From contig NC_134031.1 of NCBI RefSeq assembly GCF_964204645.1, forward strand, positions 12,881,607-12,945,606: DNA of 64,000 nucleotides. The letters are read 5' to 3'. The stretch is from Tubulanus polymorphus. Taxonomy: Eukaryota > Animalia > Nemertea. Both the position numbers and the translations under genes were made by a program. This document shows, in pieces, positions 28,401 to 39,038 of the stretch. Numbering within the stretch: position 1 is the first letter of the stretch; each line of letters opens with the position of its first letter. The notes below the pieces were generated by a model. The model made no database searches. It was not told where the DNA came from and worked only from the letters and a program-made list of their open reading frames with translations.

Positions 28401-28846
28401 GGAAAAGCACTTTTCGACCCGTAAACGTCGTTCAGCGCGAGAAAAGACGTTTTCGTATCAAATATTCCCCCTATGGGAAAAACGACAATGTCGATGCGTA
28501 AAAGCGCTCAAATCGTCAGGAAAAGCACTTTTCGACCCGTAAACGTCGTTCAGCGCGAGAAAAGACGTTTTCTTATCAAATTTTCCCCCTGTCGGAAAAA
28601 CGGCAATGTCGATGCGTAAAAGCGCTCAAATCGTCAGGAAAAGCACTTTTCGACGCGAAAACGTCGTTCAGCGCGAGAAAAGACATTTTCTTATCAAATT
28701 TTTCCCCTGTCGGAAAAATGATAATGTCGATGCGTAAAAGCGCTCAAATCGTCAGGAAAAGCACTTTTCGACCCGAAAACGTCGTTCAGCGCGAGAAATG
28801 AAATTTTCTTATCAAATTTTTCCCCTGTCGGAAAAATGATAATGTC
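4414..28846. repeat. 118-bp tandem satellite array, left arm (~207 monomers)
   Basis: Monomer ~GAAAAACGACAATGTCGATGCGTAAAAGCGCTCAAATCGTCAGGAAAAGCACTTTTCGACCCGAAAACGTCGTTCAGCGCGAGAAAAGACGTTTTCGTATCAAATATTCCCCCTAT(C/G)G. Period 118 (e.g. AATGTCGATG at 7851 and 7969), head-to-tail in one orientation. Confidence 0.99.
28841..28846 (+). repeat. Target-site duplication AATGTC (left copy)
   Basis: The same hexamer occurs at 46129-46134. Removing the element plus one copy restores an intact satellite monomer (GATAATGTCGATGCG). A 6-bp TSD is typical of Polintons. Confidence 0.97.
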
Positions 28847-28936
28847 AGTAATTGGAAAAGTGGGCTTTCATACCAGAGGTCGAGAGGTCGAGACACCACT
28901 CATCACCACAAGTAATTTTTTTTCCTTATAAATGGG
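28847..28936 (+). repeat. Left terminal inverted repeat (80 bp perfect; 90 bp with 1 mismatch)
   Basis: Reverse complement of 46039-46128. Includes the polB start codon and a tandem AGAGGTCG x2. Confidence 0.97.
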
Positions 28937-31900
28937 GGAGAATGAACACCAACTAGAAAACAATAATGTCAATAAAAATCAATATTATTGCACATATTGT
29001 AAAAAATACATCGATAAATCCCAAAAATCACGACATGAAAAATCTTCAAATCATATAAAAAATGTTATAGATTTTGAAACTCCAGAAAATTCCAATGAAA
29101 GAAAAGAACGATTAGAAAATATGAATGTGGATGAAATAAAATGTGAAGTTTGTAATGAATTTATAGTAAAAAGGAATTATAATAGACATCTCGAATCACA
29201 AAAACACCATCAAAATTTGAGTAATAATGTTTTAGGAAAAGATTATTTTGACGATAAACCTCAACAAGTAAAAGAATCAACTTCAAAAACTAAATCCATT
29301 TCAAATAAACCTTACATGGAAAATGTTAGAAATTATATTGATTCACTAGAAATAAAAGATACAATTGAAATCTTAGAAACATTACATAGTAAAATTGGTC
29401 CTGCAGCTATTATATTTAGATTTTTTAAAGGTACAACAATAGAAGATTATAGTAAATTTAATGAAATAATAGAAAAAATACTAGATTTGATAACAGATGT
29501 TGAATATCCAAAAATTAGTATCTCTGGGAAAGTAAGTTTTATAAAGTCAGAAGAAAAAATGAGTTATAATATTCAAACACTCTCTGAAGAAATAATTTCA
29601 AAAACACAAATAAAAGAGAAGTTAGAAAAAATATTAAATGAATTTAAACGTCATATTGAAGAAAGATATTTTGAGGGTTCTGGCTTAACATTGAATGAAA
29701 TTATATATTTAGATTTAAATGTTTATAATACAAAAAGGAATAAAACATCAAAAAGTAATAAAATGTTTAAAAATGATTCAAACTTTACAACAGAAAAGGA
29801 TATTAAAGCATCATCTTATATTAAATTACCATTTACAACAAAAGCAGTAATAAATGTTCAAAATGAAGATAATAAATGTTTTCTATGGTCAATTATTAGT
29901 TGTTTACACCAAACAGAAGATATGACGCATAGTTTTAGAATAACAAATTACCGGAAATATGAAACATTATATAAAATTGATCAATATCCAGTAACTATAA
30001 AAATGATTCCTAAAATAGAAAAAGTTAATAATTCAAAAATAAATGTATTTGAATTAATGCAATTACCAAAGACAAAAGGTGAAAATATTAAAGATTATAC
30101 ATTGGAAGCTTTATATTTAACAGAATATTATGATGATGAAAATGCTATAGATTTGTTATATTACAAAAAAGATGAAAATGAACATTATATGTGGTTAAAA
30201 CAAATTGATTTATTCTTTAGAACAGAAAGTGATCATCATCATAAAATTTATCTATGTAGAAAATGTTTATCTAAATTTATGACTGAGAATACATTACTAA
30301 AACATAAAGAATTATGTGATAATAAAGATTTTTGTAAATTAATAATGCCAACAGAAAAAGATTATAAATTGAAATTTACTAATCATAAATTTAAAAATAT
30401 TGTTCCATTTGTAATTTATGGGGATTTTGAATCGTTGAATAAAGAATTAACTAATCAAGATAGAAAAGAAATATATAACAAAAAGCAATTATTAAAATCA
30501 ATGGATAAAGGAAATGAATTAAATGAAGACACAATACAAGACCCACCAATTATAAACACAATTAAAAAAGTTCATCAAAGAGCTGCTGCTTGTGGAATTT
30601 ATATAAAATCAAATTATCCCGAATTATATGAAAGTCAATATATTTCTTTTAGAGGTGAAAATGTAGTTAATGATTTTTGTGATAAAATGATTGAATTAGA
30701 AAGTGATTTTGCAAAATTATTAAACAAAAATAAAAGAATAGTTATGACAAAAGAAGATGAAATTGATTTTAATTATGCAACTCATTGTTGTTACTGTGAA
30801 AAACGTTTTTATTCATTTGATAAAAAAGTTAGAGATCATAATCATTTGAATGGAAAGTTTAGAGGCGCTGCACATGAGAATTGTAATTTGCAAGCAAAGA
30901 AAATCAATTTTGTCCCCATTATATTTCACAATTTATCGGGGTATGACGCGCATTTATTTATCAAACAGTTATGCTATAAAATAGAAGAAATTAATAATGA
31001 AATAGAAAGATTAAATTCAAATAGATCAAAAGATAAAATACCAACTTATAAATTAAAAATACTAGCTAAAACATCTGAAAATTATATTTCATTTCAATTT
31101 GGTTACATTAGATTTTTAGATTCTTATATATTTCTAGCAAGTTCATTAGATAATTTATCAAAAAGTTTAGTTGATAATGATTTTGTTATAACTCGATATT
31201 ATTATCCAAATGACCAAGATTTTAAATTATTGAGATATAAAGGTGCAATTCCTTATTCATTTTATAAAACACATGATGATTTTAATGTAATAGAATTATT
31301 AAAAAATCAATTTTATGATCAATTAAAAGAGGAGTATGTGAAAGACGAAGTTTTTGATAGAACATTAAATATTTGGAACCATTTTAAGATGAAAAATCAT
31401 GGCGAATTAGTTGATTTATATTTAAAATCAGATGTTATGATATTGGCTGACATATTTGAAAAATTTAGAGAAGTTAATTTGAATCATTTTAATGTTGATC
31501 CTTGTTATTGTTATTCTAGCCCAGGATTAACCTGGCAATGTGGTTTAAAATATACAAATGTAGAATTAGATTAATTAAAAGAACCAGATATGGTTTTATT
31601 ATTTGAAAAATCAATTAGAGGTGGAATTAGTGGTGTTATGGGAGATAGGTATTTTAAAGCAAATGATGAATATAAATTATTATATATTGACGCCAATAAT
31701 TTATATGGTTGGGCAATGATGCAACCTCAACCATATAAAAATTTTATATTAACAGAAGTTGAAAATGGTGATAAAACTGATTGGGAAAACGCAATTGCGA
31801 GTTTAAAAGATGAAGCACCAATTGGTTATTTCTTTGTAGTTGATTTAGAATATCCTGAAAATATAAAGTTTAAAACAAGAAACTTACCTTATTGCCCAGA

Positions 31901-34004
31901 ACATTTAACTGTAGATGATAGTTATTTAAGTGAATACCAGAAGAAAATAAAACCGAAAGATCATGTTTTTACAGAAAAATTAATACTTACTCAAAATAAT
32001 AAATACAATTATATTGTTCATTATAGAATGTTAAAATTTTATCTAAAACAAGGAATGAAATTAAAGAAAGTACATAGATATATTGAATTTAATCAATCAA
32101 AGTGGTTAGAAAAATATATAGATTTCAATACTCAACAGAGAACCATATCAAAAACAGATTTTGAAAAAGATTTTTTCAAATTGATGAACAATAGTTTTTA
32201 TGGAAAAACATGTGAAAATATTAGAAATAGAAATGATATTGAATTAGTAAATAATTCTGAAAGATTAAGACATTTACAATCAAGTCCTAGACATTTAGGA
32301 AATAAAAGGTTTGAAGATTATTTAACAGCAGTTAAATTAAAAAGAACATCAATGAAATTTAATAAACCTATATTTATTGGTTCGACTGTTTTAGAAGTAT
32401 CAAAATTATTAATGTATGAATTCTATTGTAATGTTTTACAACCACTTTTTGGGGAAAAGCATATTGAAATATTATATTTTGATTCTGTAACAGCTGACAC
32501 CCCAATATTACTAAAATGTAATAATAAAATATTGGTAAGAAGAATTTCAGAAATAATTCCAAAACAAAATGAATGTTATATTTCATATGGAGAAAAAGAA
32601 TTAATACAAATAAATGGTTTAATGGATGTTTGGACAAGAAATGGATGGAAAAAATTAAAGAATATTATTAGACATAAAACAAATAAGAAAATCTATAGAG
32701 TTAGAACTAAATTAGGGTTCGTAGATGTTACAGAAGATCATAGTTTAATTAAACGAAATGGTGATGAAATAAAACCAACTGATATAAAAATTGGAGATGA
32801 ATTATTACATAAAAGATTTTTCCAAAGAATGAATCATATGTCATTTGATGAAATAATTGATAATATTTATAATATAGAACCCGAAACATTAGAAGAAAAA
32901 GAATATTTTATCAAAGGATTTTTCATGGGTGATGGTTCAGCAGGTGTGTATAATTATGTTAGTGGAACTAAATATTGTTGGTATTTATGCAATCAAGACT
33001 TAAAATTATTAGAAAGAATTAAGAAATTCTGTGAAGAAGTTTATCCAAATAAAACATTCAAAATCATAGATGTTATGAAATCATCGCAATGTTATAGAAT
33101 ACATGTGAATAATCCTAAAGATTTTGCTATAAAATATAATAACGAATTCTATATTCATGCAATAGTGAAAAGTAATACTTCAACTAAAGAAAAGATAGTT
33201 CCAGATTATGTATTGAATGCAAAAAATAATTTAAGAAAATGGTTCTTCATTGGATTCTACGCAGCCGATGGTACTAAAAGTTTCAAAAACCGCAAAACAA
33301 TATCTTTAGCTCAAAAAGGAAAAGTTGCTATATCAGGATTAAATATATTATGCAATTCATTAGGTTTTAATATGAATATTGGATTGATTAAATCTAAACC
33401 AAATTGTTTTAATTTAAGGCATGTAGAAAAAGAATTAACAGAAGAAGTTAAAGATTTATTTGAAATATATAACCCAACTGACTATGTTTATGATTTATCA
33501 ACAGATGATGGAACATTCAATTCTGGGTTCCCATTAATCCAAAAAAATACTGACGCCTACATACTAAAAATCAAGACAAATGACATAACAAAAGACTTAA
33601 AAACATTAAAACATCATTTTGATTTTAGCAATTATCCTAAAGATCATGAACTATTTAGCAATGATAATAAAAAGATTCCTGGTAAATTTAAAGATGAATT
33701 AGGAGGTGATGAAATGATTGAATTTGTTGGGATAAGAAGTAAAATGTATAGTTACAGAACAAAAGATCATGAAGCTAAAAAGTTAAAAGGAATAACTAAA
33801 CATGTGGTTGATAAACATATAGAATTTCAAGATTATATAAAGTGTTTATATAAATCAATTGTAATGAAACACAAAATGAATTGTTTAAGATCAGAAGATC
33901 ATGAGATGTACATTAATGAAGTTGAAAAAACTAGTTTAAATCCATTTGATGATAAAAGGCATATTTTAGATGATGGTATAAAAACATTACCTTATGGCCA
34001 TTAA
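28932..34004 (+). CDS. polB: Protein-primed family B DNA polymerase with an intein; one in-frame TAA at 31572-31574
   Basis: The 880-aa and 804-aa ORFs are in the same frame (VELD*LKEPDM). N-terminal C2H2 fingers; ExoI YGDFES, ExoII FHNLSGYD, ExoIII YLKSDV; EndoVII-like RDHNH..GKFRG..H..CN; IRGG; motif A YIDANNLYG; motif B KLMNNSFYGKT; motif C YFD|TD split by the intein. Confidence 0.96.
32484..33548 (+). mobile_element. Intein (355 aa) with LAGLIDADG homing endonuclease in PolB motif C
   Basis: Block A SVTADTPILL, block B VDVTEDHSL, block C FIKGFFMGDGS, block E FFIGFYAADGT, block F YVYDLST, block G IQKN|T. Precisely absent from the second copy (YFDTDS). Confidence 0.95.
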
Positions 34005-35302
34005 AACATAAAATCAATATCATCATACTCGAAATCACTATTGGCTTCTTCATTTTCATTTAATTGTTCAGGTTCTTCTTCCATTCCATTTTTCTCATTT
34101 AAATAAATTTCTATCTTGTTCCACATTTCATCTCGCTCTCTTTGTTTCTTTTTGTTTGTTAATTCATCAAATGGAATTATAATATCTAGGTTTAAATAAT
34201 TTACAATCTTATTTAAAAAGAATTCATAATTTATTGAATCTGTTATTCTATTTTCCAAATGATACATTAATATTTGTTTAAATATTTTTTTTATATTTTT
34301 CATATCTTCTTCTGTTAATTTAGGTTTTTCATAATAATCGTTAAATAATAAATATAAATACATTTTCTTTTGTTTTGTGTTAAATGTTGGTGGAATAATT
34401 GTTTTTATAATATCTTTTTTAGTTATTTCACCATTTTCATTTTCTATTATTTTCATTTTTTCAAGCCATTTCATATATTCTGGTGTATGATCTTCCATAG
34501 AAAATATTTTAAAAATTTCATCAAGATAATTTAATTTTGGATCTATGAGAAAATCTCTAGTTTTTTCTTCACCTAATAAATTCTTTTGCCATCCACAATC
34601 AACACAAAATAACACAGTACCTTCTTGTCTTAAGGTCGCATAACTACATTGTGGACATTTTCGTTTATAATTTATTGGTAATAGATCTTCATTAAGCTCT
34701 TGGTATTTTCTTACGTTTTCTTTATGTTTTATTGTTCTATTATGTAGATTTGAATTACTTGTTGTAATAACCAATTTACAATATTTACAATAATATGTTT
34801 TTCTTGTTAATTCATTATATTGTTTTTCTAACTTTTCAACTGTTTCTTCATTATCTGGTAACGTTTTCTCATATTTTATTTTTTCTAATAAATTATTTTT
34901 TCTTTCATTGAATTCAGTTTCAAATTTATTAGAAATTTAAACTATATGTACTTTACGAAATTGATGATTCTCCCAATCTTCTATATTTTCAGGGTTATAT
35001 TTTATTCGACAAGGCTCACAGAAATGATCTTTTATATTATCCTTATCATAGAATAAGAAAGGTCTTTTCCAAATAATTTCAGGTTCAACTTCAACAGAAT
35101 TACTATCAACATTAGCCGTTGCGCCATTAATTCTACACTTCTCTGAATGTTTTTTAACATAATTTCTTGAGAATAATTTATTACATTTTGGACAGTTTAT
35201 TTTAGGGGGTTTATAATTTTCATCATGTTTTTTCATATGTCGAGCCTTATTACTTTTTCTTAGAAGTTCACCACAAATTTCGCATGCTATCTTCTCATCC
35301 AT
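34001..35302 (-). CDS. Multi-zinc-finger protein with a C-terminal VLTF3-like (poxvirus late transcription factor 3) region; one in-frame TAA at 34937-34939
   Basis: The 121-aa and 257-aa ORFs are in frame and joined by 54 open codons. Several CxxC..H fingers, a CPQC...CVDCG ribbon, and C-terminal INYEFFLNKIVNYL...KKQRERDEMWNKI, which resembles the VLTF3 C-terminal motif by eye. Confidence 0.68.
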
Positions 35303-35370
35303 TTATTAAGGAAAAATTTTATTAAAATTAATTTTTAGTGATGAGCGGTAATTTTTTTATGTTATAAATA
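35303..35370. promoter_or_regulatory. Divergent promoter region between the VLTF3-like and penton genes
   Basis: A T-run/6-nt/TAAAT motif on both strands, plus GTGATGAGCGGT (35338-35349), which matches the TIR motif GTGATGAGTGGT. Confidence 0.6.
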
Positions 35371-36129
35371 ATGGTAGAATTAAAAGAATACAGAATATTT
35401 ATAGATTCTAGAAAACTTATAAATTATAAATCTCATAATTTATTAGTACAATTAGATAGAGAATTTAAGAATTGTGTAGATTTAAAATTAGTTAATATAA
35501 GTTTATGTAATTCTTTTTATAATATATCGGATAAAACTATTGAACATAGAGCTTTTTTAATTTTTTATAAAGGTAAAAATGAATGGTTCTCTATATTTTT
35601 AAAACCGGGGTCATATAATTTAGATACATTAGCACAAGAAATTAATAGAAAAGCTCGAGCTAAATTAGGAAGTGATTCCAGATTTAGTATTAGAATTTTA
35701 AAAAGTGATAGTTCTAATAAAATAAAGATTAGGTTAGATAATAACGAACAATTTAAATTTACAGTAAGAAAACCTTTAGCTAAACTGTTAGGAATTAACC
35801 CAGATATTGTTACAGCATACGCAGAAGGTAGATCAAACTTAATACCTTTTACACATTTTTATATTTATTGCAATTTAATTGACCCAACAAAAACATTTGA
35901 AGCAACTAAAGATACAATTTGTAATTCTGGTTTACTAAACATTTTACCATTGAAGAATGTTAAACAATTTGGAACGCAAATAAATTATAATTTAGCTGAA
36001 TGTGATTTCAAACCTTGTATTCCGCATTTCAATAATTTTAAATTACAAATAAGAAATCACAATGGTTATTTAATTGATTTGAATAACTTTCCTGTAATTT
36101 ATGAATTAGTTATAAGATGTAAAGAGTAA
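35371..36129 (+). CDS. Putative minor capsid protein (penton, single jelly-roll)
   Basis: 252 aa. IFIDSR, NSFYNI, PGSYNL, FYIYCNLI and LQIRNHNGYLIDLNN patterns are typical of Polinton/PLV pentons (recognised by eye). Confidence 0.75.
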   Translation: MVELKEYRIFIDSRKLINYKSHNLLVQLDREFKNCVDLKLVNISLCNSFYNISDKTIEHRAFLIFYKGKNEWFSIFLKPGSYNLDTLAQEINRKARAKLGSDSRFSIRILKSDSSNKIKIRLDNNEQFKFTVRKPLAKLLGINPDIVTAYAEGRSNLIPFTHFYIYCNLIDPTKTFEATKDTICNSGLLNILPLKNVKQFGTQINYNLAECDFKPCIPHFNNFKLQIRNHNGYLIDLNNFPVIYELVIRCKE

Positions 36130-36145
36130 TTTTTCACCTATATAA

Positions 36146-36490
36146 ATGAATATAACTGTTGGACCGAGTATATGTTTTGGATTTGATTTTAAACGTGAGA
36201 AAGAAATGAAATTTAACATGAATGATGTAATTACACATATCAAAAATATTGCATTTTCTAATGAAACAACATTTGAGTATGAAACAACAATTGATAAAGA
36301 AACTTTTAATGTAGAAAAGATTACCGAGTCTTTAAGATTTTATGAATTAGATGAAGATTTTATCATCGATGATATTAAAAAAATAATAATTGAAATATAT
36401 ACAAATGAAACTAGTAATAAAATAAATGTTGAATTAATAATCACTAAGATAACTAAATATTTTGATGATAGTAATTTTTTTGATAAATAA
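36146..36490 (+). CDS. Hypothetical acidic protein, 114 aa
   Basis: Intact ORF with a TAAATG start; the 5' end is conserved in the second copy (1440-1524). Confidence 0.75.
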   Translation: MNITVGPSICFGFDFKREKEMKFNMNDVITHIKNIAFSNETTFEYETTIDKETFNVEKITESLRFYELDEDFIIDDIKKIIIEIYTNETSNKINVELIITKITKYFDDSNFFDK

Positions 36491-36712
36491 ATGAGTGATA
36501 ATAAGTGGATAATAACTGGATTATATAATGGCGCATTACTATCAGTTGGAACGGTTGGTTATTCAATGGTATTAAAAAAAGTATTCAAAATGGGAAGTGT
36601 TAATGTTGATAGATTTGATATAAATGATATTTTAAAGTTAACATTAGCAGTTACTTTATCTAATTTAACAATTGATTATTTGGAAAAACAAAAATATATT
36701 CCTCCCATATAA
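36491..36712 (+). CDS. Small hydrophobic protein, 73 aa
   Basis: TAAATG start abutting the previous stop; two hydrophobic helices. Confidence 0.75.
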   Translation: MSDNKWIITGLYNGALLSVGTVGYSMVLKKVFKMGSVNVDRFDINDILKLTLAVTLSNLTIDYLEKQKYIPPI

Positions 36713-36737
36713 ATACATAATTTTTTTTGCTAAATAA

Positions 36738-37160
36738 ATGGCTTCTGCAATTATAACTATTATAGGATCGGCAATTGTTAACGCTTTAGCATTTACTGGT
36801 GGTGGTTATTTATTTAAACATATTGATAAAAATAGTTCATTAGGAGAACAAAGAAGACATAACTTAGCGTTAGAGAAATACAATAAAGCTGCAGAAGAAT
36901 ATAGAGAAAAGAGACAAAACTATATGGATTACATCAATAAAGAATTATATTATCAGAAGATTTCACATAGAGATTTTCAATCAGTTGATGATGCAATGAG
37001 TTTATATAACGCAGTAACAAATAAAGAAAAATTACATCTATACAAACCTAAATTATCAGATTATTATACCCCAAGTAAAGAACAACAGAAATATGAAATA
37101 ATATGGATTTTAGGTGGAACTGTTATTGTTATATTTGTTGCTTATAAGTTTACTAATTAG
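36738..37160 (+). CDS. Membrane-associated protein, 140 aa (N-terminal hydrophobic helix, coiled coil, C-terminal TM)
   Basis: MASAIITIIGSAIVNALAFTGGGYLF...EQRRHNLALEK...IIWILGGTVIVIFVAY; TAAATG start. Confidence 0.8.
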   Translation: MASAIITIIGSAIVNALAFTGGGYLFKHIDKNSSLGEQRRHNLALEKYNKAAEEYREKRQNYMDYINKELYYQKISHRDFQSVDDAMSLYNAVTNKEKLHLYKPKLSDYYTPSKEQQKYEIIWILGGTVIVIFVAYKFTN

Positions 37161-37181
37161 TAATTTTTTTTTGCTAAATAA

Positions 37182-37616
37182 ATGGAAGATAAAGTTGATA
37201 ATATTGATATTATTCCTCATGATATAAATAAAACTAAATTAAAAACATATTTAGAAAAACAAATATTAGAATTTGAAAGTGTCTTAAAGATAAAAAAGAA
37301 AAAATATTTAAAAAGTAAAATTATATATTATCTTATTATTAGTGGTTCGGTTACAATTAGTTCTGTAATAACATTTTTAGCAATATTCAGTCCATTAACA
37401 CCTTTAGCTATATCAATTGGTGTATTAGGATTAAGTTCAAGTGTTTTAACTGGTATAAGTTCAAAATTAAATATAAAAAGTAATAAAGAAAAAATAAAAT
37501 CTAATATAAAAGAAATTAATAAATTAAAGAACACACTAGATTATATAATAAGTTTAAATGGTCATATAACAGTTGAAGAACAAGATAAATTATTAAAAGA
37601 ATTAATAAATTATTAA
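37182..37616 (+). CDS. Two-TM membrane protein, 144 aa
   Basis: A central hydrophobic hairpin flanked by Lys-rich helices; TAAATG start. Confidence 0.8.
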   Translation: MEDKVDNIDIIPHDINKTKLKTYLEKQILEFESVLKIKKKKYLKSKIIYYLIISGSVTISSVITFLAIFSPLTPLAISIGVLGLSSSVLTGISSKLNIKSNKEKIKSNIKEINKLKNTLDYIISLNGHITVEEQDKLLKELINY

Positions 37617-37633
37617 TTTTTTTAATTATATAA

Positions 37634-39022
37634 ATGGTAGATAGTTTTCCAAAAGCTTTCCAATATAATAAATCAATTAAATATAATATTCCAGCAATAG
37701 ATTTTAATAAAGATATTACATATAGAAATGAAGTTTTAGATTCATTAACTAATTTAGAAATTTATGTTACTGAAACTAATAATTTTAATGCAAAGATGGA
37801 AAATATATTTCATATATATTTAATTAATTTTAAAAAATTGAAAGATGAAAAACAATGGTTATTAAAATCTAATATGAAGTATTGGCAGAATCAATTAAAT
37901 TTTGCTGTTTATTGTGCAACAACAGGATGTGGAATTAGTTGGAATGATCATTTAAATAATTCTAAATATAAACTAATTTAAAGTTTATTTAGATTTCATA
38001 CATACTTTCAAATCAGAATAATATTAAATGAATTAGAGTGCGCTTTACCAGGATCTAGGTATTTCAAAGAATTAGATAATAATATTAATTTATCTAAGTT
38101 TTATAAGATTTGCAATGAATTTAATATAGATATAAATAATTCTGATTTTAGAACAAAAATTGGAACAATAAGATCACTTCCATGCCCTAGAAAGATTGCA
38201 GAATATTGTGCACTTCCCATACCATCTAATAGTTTTTATAATATCTATAATAATAAATTAGGTTATGGTAAAATAGAAACAAAGGATTTAGAAACATTAA
38301 ATTTCAATAAATTACCAAAATTTTATGATAATTTAAAACAAGATAATAATAATGGTTGGGTATATTTTATTTTAGAAAATAGTGAAGGTTTTACAAAATC
38401 AGGTATAGAAAGAATAAATCAATCTATTAGAACTTATTTGATATGTATTTTAGGTGCGCAAGTTGAAACAAGATCACCGATAATTGGAAATTTGAATACA
38501 TCATTCGATACACAAAAACAATTTAAAGTTTTATTTGAAGATTCCATACATAATGATAAAAATAGATCAATTTCAGAAAACATTATAAGATATCAAAATT
38601 ATTTAGATAAATCTCATGTAAGACTTAATTATTGTATAGGCCCTAATCTATTAATTATTTCTAATGATTTAGTATTGAAGATGGGAAATATAATTGGTTA
38701 TAATAATCTAATTAAAACTGCGACAATAAATAAATCATTTGGGTTAAATGATATAAATAAAAAGATTATCACTGCTCCAAAATTAATGGAAGGTGAAAAA
38801 AATAAAAAACACATTCAATCAACAGAAACTAAAACTAAGAATATTAAATTAAATAATGATTCTAAAATAAAAGATTACAATACATCAGAAAATATAAAAA
38901 CTGATAAAATTCAACATGATATAATTAAACTAAATGATGATAATAAATCCCATGAAAATACTAAATTAGCTATAACTTGTATAGGAATTGTAATCGGAGG
39001 AATATTATATTTTAAATTTTAA
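37634..39022 (+). CDS. Conserved Polinton hypothetical protein (462 codons, C-terminal TM); in-frame TAA at 37979-37981
   Basis: The 115-aa and 194-aa ORFs are in frame and the interval between them is open. The second copy has CAA (KLIQSLF) at the stop position. Confidence 0.88.
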
Positions 39023-39038
39023 TTTTTTTATTATGTAA

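Noticed and set aside
32374-32637. Antisense or shadow ORFs (32374-32637, 37328-37534, 40006-40416, 44611-44805, 3911-4153)
   Set aside because: They lie opposite well-supported genes, lack the TAAATG start and show no motifs.
32484-33548. Intron interpretation of the polB insert
   Set aside because: The insert is fully in frame, has no GT-AG ends, and has protein-splicing residues exactly at both junctions.
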